DNA of 64,000 nucleotides from Vulcanimicrobiota bacterium (GTDB lineage Bacteria; Vulcanimicrobiota; Vulcanimicrobiia; Vulcanimicrobiales; Vulcanimicrobiaceae): NCBI GenBank assembly GCA_963703305.1, contig OY969808.1, positions 2,903,422 to 2,967,421 of the forward strand, read 5' to 3'. Shown piece by piece: positions 61,308 to 64,000 of this stretch (position 1 is its first letter; each line of letters starts with the position of its first letter). The notes under the pieces were generated by a model. It saw only the letters and a program-made list of their open reading frames with translations, ran no database searches and was not told where the DNA came from. The position numbers and the translations under genes were made by a program.

Positions 61308-62072
61308 GTGCCGCGTTATCCCAAAGTGCTGACGATCGGTCGCGTGCTCTTCGCGATTGCAGTCTGCGCGTTCGGCGTGCAGGTGCTGCTCTACGGCCGC
61401 TTCAGCGCCGCGCTTCCCCCGTGGCCGCCGTCGACGCCCGGCGCGCCGCTCGCAGCCTACTTGCTCGGCGTCGTGCTGATACTGTGCGGCGTCTGCTTCG
61501 TCATTCCGGCGTTTGCGCGGCAAGCGGCACTCGGCGTCGCCATTCTCTTCGGCGTCGGTGCGCTGCTGCATTTGGGTCACGTACTGCAGCTCTTTAGCGA
61601 TGGGCAAGAGCGAACGCGCTTCTTCGAAGCGCTCGCGCTCGGCGCTGCGGCCCTCGTGCTGTACGGAGCGCTCGAGATGTGGCGCCTGCGGGCCGGCGGC
61701 CTGGAGCGAGCCGGACGCTACGCTTTCGCGCTTTGTCTCATCGTTTTCGGCGTGGAGCACGTCGAATACGCGCCGTTCATCGCATCGTCGATCCCCGCGT
61801 GGGTGCCGGACCGGCTGCCCTTGGCATATATCACCGGATCGGCGTTAATCGCCGCCGGGCTGGCGATCGCCACGGGGCTGCTCGCGCGCCTCGGAGCGGC
61901 GCTGATCGGCCTGTTGTTTTTCGTGTGGGTGGCCGTAGTGCACGGGCCACGCGTTTCGAGCGCGCTTCTCAACGGAAACGAGTGGTCGAGTCTCTTCGTC
62001 GCGCTGGGAATGGCCGGCGCTTCGTGGATCGTCGCCTCGACGTTCCCGCGAAGCAAAATGGATATCATCTAG
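61308..62072 (+). CDS. polytopic membrane protein (DoxX-like, tentative)
   Basis: 254 aa with about 8 hydrophobic helices. No catalytic motif recognised. Confidence 0.55.
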   Translation: MPRYPKVLTIGRVLFAIAVCAFGVQVLLYGRFSAALPPWPPSTPGAPLAAYLLGVVLILCGVCFVIPAFARQAALGVAILFGVGALLHLGHVLQLFSDGQERTRFFEALALGAAALVLYGALEMWRLRAGGLERAGRYAFALCLIVFGVEHVEYAPFIASSIPAWVPDRLPLAYITGSALIAAGLAIATGLLARLGAALIGLLFFVWVAVVHGPRVSSALLNGNEWSSLFVALGMAGASWIVASTFPRSKMDII

Positions 62073-62086
62073 CGAACTCTACGCGG

Positions 62087-62851
62087 ATGCATTCACCCGG
62101 CCGCGCCGCGCGCCTCGGTAGAACGATCGCGATTTCGGGCGTCCTCGTCATCGTGCTCGCGAGCGCCGGCATTTACGTCTTGCTCAAATACGCGCCGGCC
62201 AGGCCCGGAATCAGCCATCTGGCCATCGCGGCGAATGCTCCCGGGGCGAACGTCGTGGTGCGGCGCAAGTTCCAGCGACGTTTCATGGCGGAGGCGGTGC
62301 TCGATCTGCCGCCGGTTCCACCGCAAAAAGACAGCCCGAGTTTGCAGGTATCGTTCTTTCAACCGGGCGCGCTGGTGCAAGGCGGAGTCATTCGCACGCC
62401 GGCCAACCGGTTTCGTCTAGAGGCGTTTCTCGCGTACGCCCACGCCGGTGAAAACGAAACGCAGGTACGTTATTTTGGGAACCTATCCGACGGCCCGCAC
62501 GACGTGATGCTGACCGGCGATGAACGGGACGTCGTCTTTACGCTGGACGGAAAAGTCTTGGATCGCGTGCCGCGTGCGACGTATCTGCCGGACGATGGGC
62601 CGAACAACCCGTGGCTGATGATCGGTACCGCGGTCGCCACGCCGGGCAGCGCGGCGTTCGGAACCATCTCCAGGATTTTCGTTCGAGACCAGAACGACGC
62701 CGTCGCGCGGCCCGTCGTGCCGGGTTGCGTGGTTACCAACGCCGGAATTACGCTGGTGCGATTTGGCGACGTCTGGCATATGGGCGGCGCCTACGATCCC
62801 GACATTTCTGCAAAGTACCAGCAGTGTACGGCTAAGGAGCTGCCGGGATAG
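62087..62851 (+). CDS. N-terminally anchored hypothetical protein
   Basis: C-terminal 254 aa of track ORF 61679..62851, from the ATG at 62087 (MHSPGRAARLGRTIAISGVLVIVLASAGIYVLL..). Confidence 0.55.
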   Translation: MHSPGRAARLGRTIAISGVLVIVLASAGIYVLLKYAPARPGISHLAIAANAPGANVVVRRKFQRRFMAEAVLDLPPVPPQKDSPSLQVSFFQPGALVQGGVIRTPANRFRLEAFLAYAHAGENETQVRYFGNLSDGPHDVMLTGDERDVVFTLDGKVLDRVPRATYLPDDGPNNPWLMIGTAVATPGSAAFGTISRIFVRDQNDAVARPVVPGCVVTNAGITLVRFGDVWHMGGAYDPDISAKYQQCTAKELPG

Positions 62852-62859
62852 CGACGTCG

Positions 62860-63606
62860 ATGCGGATCGCGGCGGTGAATCTTCGCGCGGGCGGAAATGC
62901 GACGACGATTTCGCAAATCGTCCGCCGTTTGGCGTTCCGCGACGCCGATACCGTCGTTCTGTCGGAGTTCCGCGATACGCCGGCGGGCGCGCTCCTGCGT
63001 GATGCGCTAGCGCAGACGGGCTACGAACACATCGCGTGGACGCAGGGCCATCGCGGCAACGGCGTTTGCATCGCGTCGTCACTGCCGTTCGCGGCCACGT
63101 TGAATCCGTTCGGCCTCGCCGACGACGAGTATCCCAACGCCGTGATGAAGGCGGTGTTTGCCGATTTGGATCTGTTCGGCGTCTATCTGCCGGGCCAAGA
63201 TCGCAAGCGTCCCCACTTGCGGTATCTCATCGCGACGGCGCAGCGCTACGACGAGTCCGGCGAAGCGGCCATCTGCATCGGCGATTTCAACTCGGGACGT
63301 AACGAGACGGACATCGAAATCAACGCGCGCTCCGGCCGTCTGCGCGACGAGTTCAGCACGGCCGACTTGTATGCAGAGCTAGAAACCGTCTGGACGGAAG
63401 CTTGGCTTTACTTCCATCCCGGCGAGTTCGAATACAGCTGGTACCCGTTTCGCAAGGATCCGGAATACGTGAGTCGGGGCGGCTGGCGAATCGACAAAGC
63501 CTTTGCGTCGCCCGCCGCGCTGGCGCGCATGACGGCCGCAGACTACGACCACGCATTTCGTCAGGATCGGCTAACCGACCACTCGGCGCTGATCGTCGAC
63601 GTTTAG
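62860..63606 (+). CDS. endonuclease/exonuclease/phosphatase (EEP) family protein
   Basis: 248 aa. ..RIAAVNLRAGG..VVLSEF..ICIGDFNSGR..RIDKAF..DHSALIVDV are EEP catalytic blocks. Confidence 0.8.
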   Translation: MRIAAVNLRAGGNATTISQIVRRLAFRDADTVVLSEFRDTPAGALLRDALAQTGYEHIAWTQGHRGNGVCIASSLPFAATLNPFGLADDEYPNAVMKAVFADLDLFGVYLPGQDRKRPHLRYLIATAQRYDESGEAAICIGDFNSGRNETDIEINARSGRLRDEFSTADLYAELETVWTEAWLYFHPGEFEYSWYPFRKDPEYVSRGGWRIDKAFASPAALARMTAADYDHAFRQDRLTDHSALIVDV

Positions 63607-63634
63607 GGGTATCGGCGCCGGGTAGAAATCCGCC

Positions 63635-64000
63635 ATGGATTTAACGAAAACGGTCCCGCGCAGCCCCAACGATAAGCTCGCCGGCATCGTCTCGCTGAAG
63701 CGGACGATCGACAAATCGAAGGCGAACGACGAGGGGCACTTGGGCGAGTACGACTACGACTGTCCGCACGATAAGCCGCTATTCAAATTTCTCGGCACGA
63801 ATGGAGCCGAGTTTGCAGCCAAGGTGCGAGAACTCAAGACCGACGATGCGATTGCGAAGTGGGTCCAAGAAAACGGTTTGAAAGGCAAATCTCCTGTCGA
63901 GATCGAGGCCTTTAACGCCGAGCGCAGGCGTTGGCATCCGGATCCGGGCAGCGACAGCGCTGCGTACTTCAAACAGACGCTAGCGACCATCGCGCCCGGT
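63635..64000 (+). CDS. DUF5069 domain protein, truncated by right window edge
   Basis: Not in the track (runs off the edge). My translation: MDLTKTVPRSPNDKLAGIVSLKRTIDKSKANDEGHLGEYDYDCPHDKPLFKFLG.. Confidence 0.6.
   Translation, partial: MDLTKTVPRSPNDKLAGIVSLKRTIDKSKANDEGHLGEYDYDCPHDKPLFKFLGTNGAEFAAKVRELKTDDAIAKWVQENGLKGKSPVEIEAFNAERRRWHPDPGSDSAAYFKQTLATIAPG

Overview
High-GC (roughly two-thirds G+C by eye) bacterial chromosomal window, densely coded on both strands. Many adjacent genes overlap by 1-4 nt (ATGA/GTGA/TTGA junctions). No rRNA, tRNA or CRISPR array was seen.

(1) Positions 1-8818, minus strand, hold a translationally coupled phage-tail-like contractile injection system (CIS/eCIS) operon. 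Its order is DUF4255 cap-like, Ig-like/TM/2xPASTA membrane protein, sheath, tube, Pro/Ala-rich protein in the tape-measure position, LysM tube-initiator, gpD/VgrG spike, PAAR-like tip, gp25, then baseplate J, which runs off the left edge. No capsid, terminase or integrase genes are visible. The embedded PASTA membrane protein is the most unusual element and my best candidate for undescribed biology.

(2) Leucine-catabolism genes (HMG-CoA lyase, methylcrotonyl-CoA carboxylase alpha and beta, methylglutaconyl-CoA hydratase) are scattered between accessory-looking secreted, lipoprotein and signalling genes. One of these is a GAF-GGDEF-STAND(NB-ARC-like)-TPR protein.

(3) A Cyc2-like monoheme cytochrome-porin fusion lies directly upstream of a lipoprotein multicopper oxidase, with a divergent PadR regulator.

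(4) A five-gene ECF sigma / anti-sigma-like / OmpR response regulator / histidine kinase / DUF4097 operon faces a second, divergent DUF4097 gene.

(5) Housekeeping blocks: pyrK-pyrD-pyrF-pyrE, argS-rlmH-dprA, nrdR-dut, a chlorite-dismutase-family (HemQ-like) gene and several GNAT genes.

(6) Repeat content: REP-like ~105-bp units and an inverted copy bracketing a GIY-YIG nuclease gene with an in-frame TAG; an 8-unit 26-bp tandem array; and a 188-bp MITE-like inverted-repeat element.

(7) nrdR, and probably an MBL-fold gene, appear to initiate at CTG, which the ORF track does not model.

All family assignments come from my reading of the translated sequences. No database search was run.
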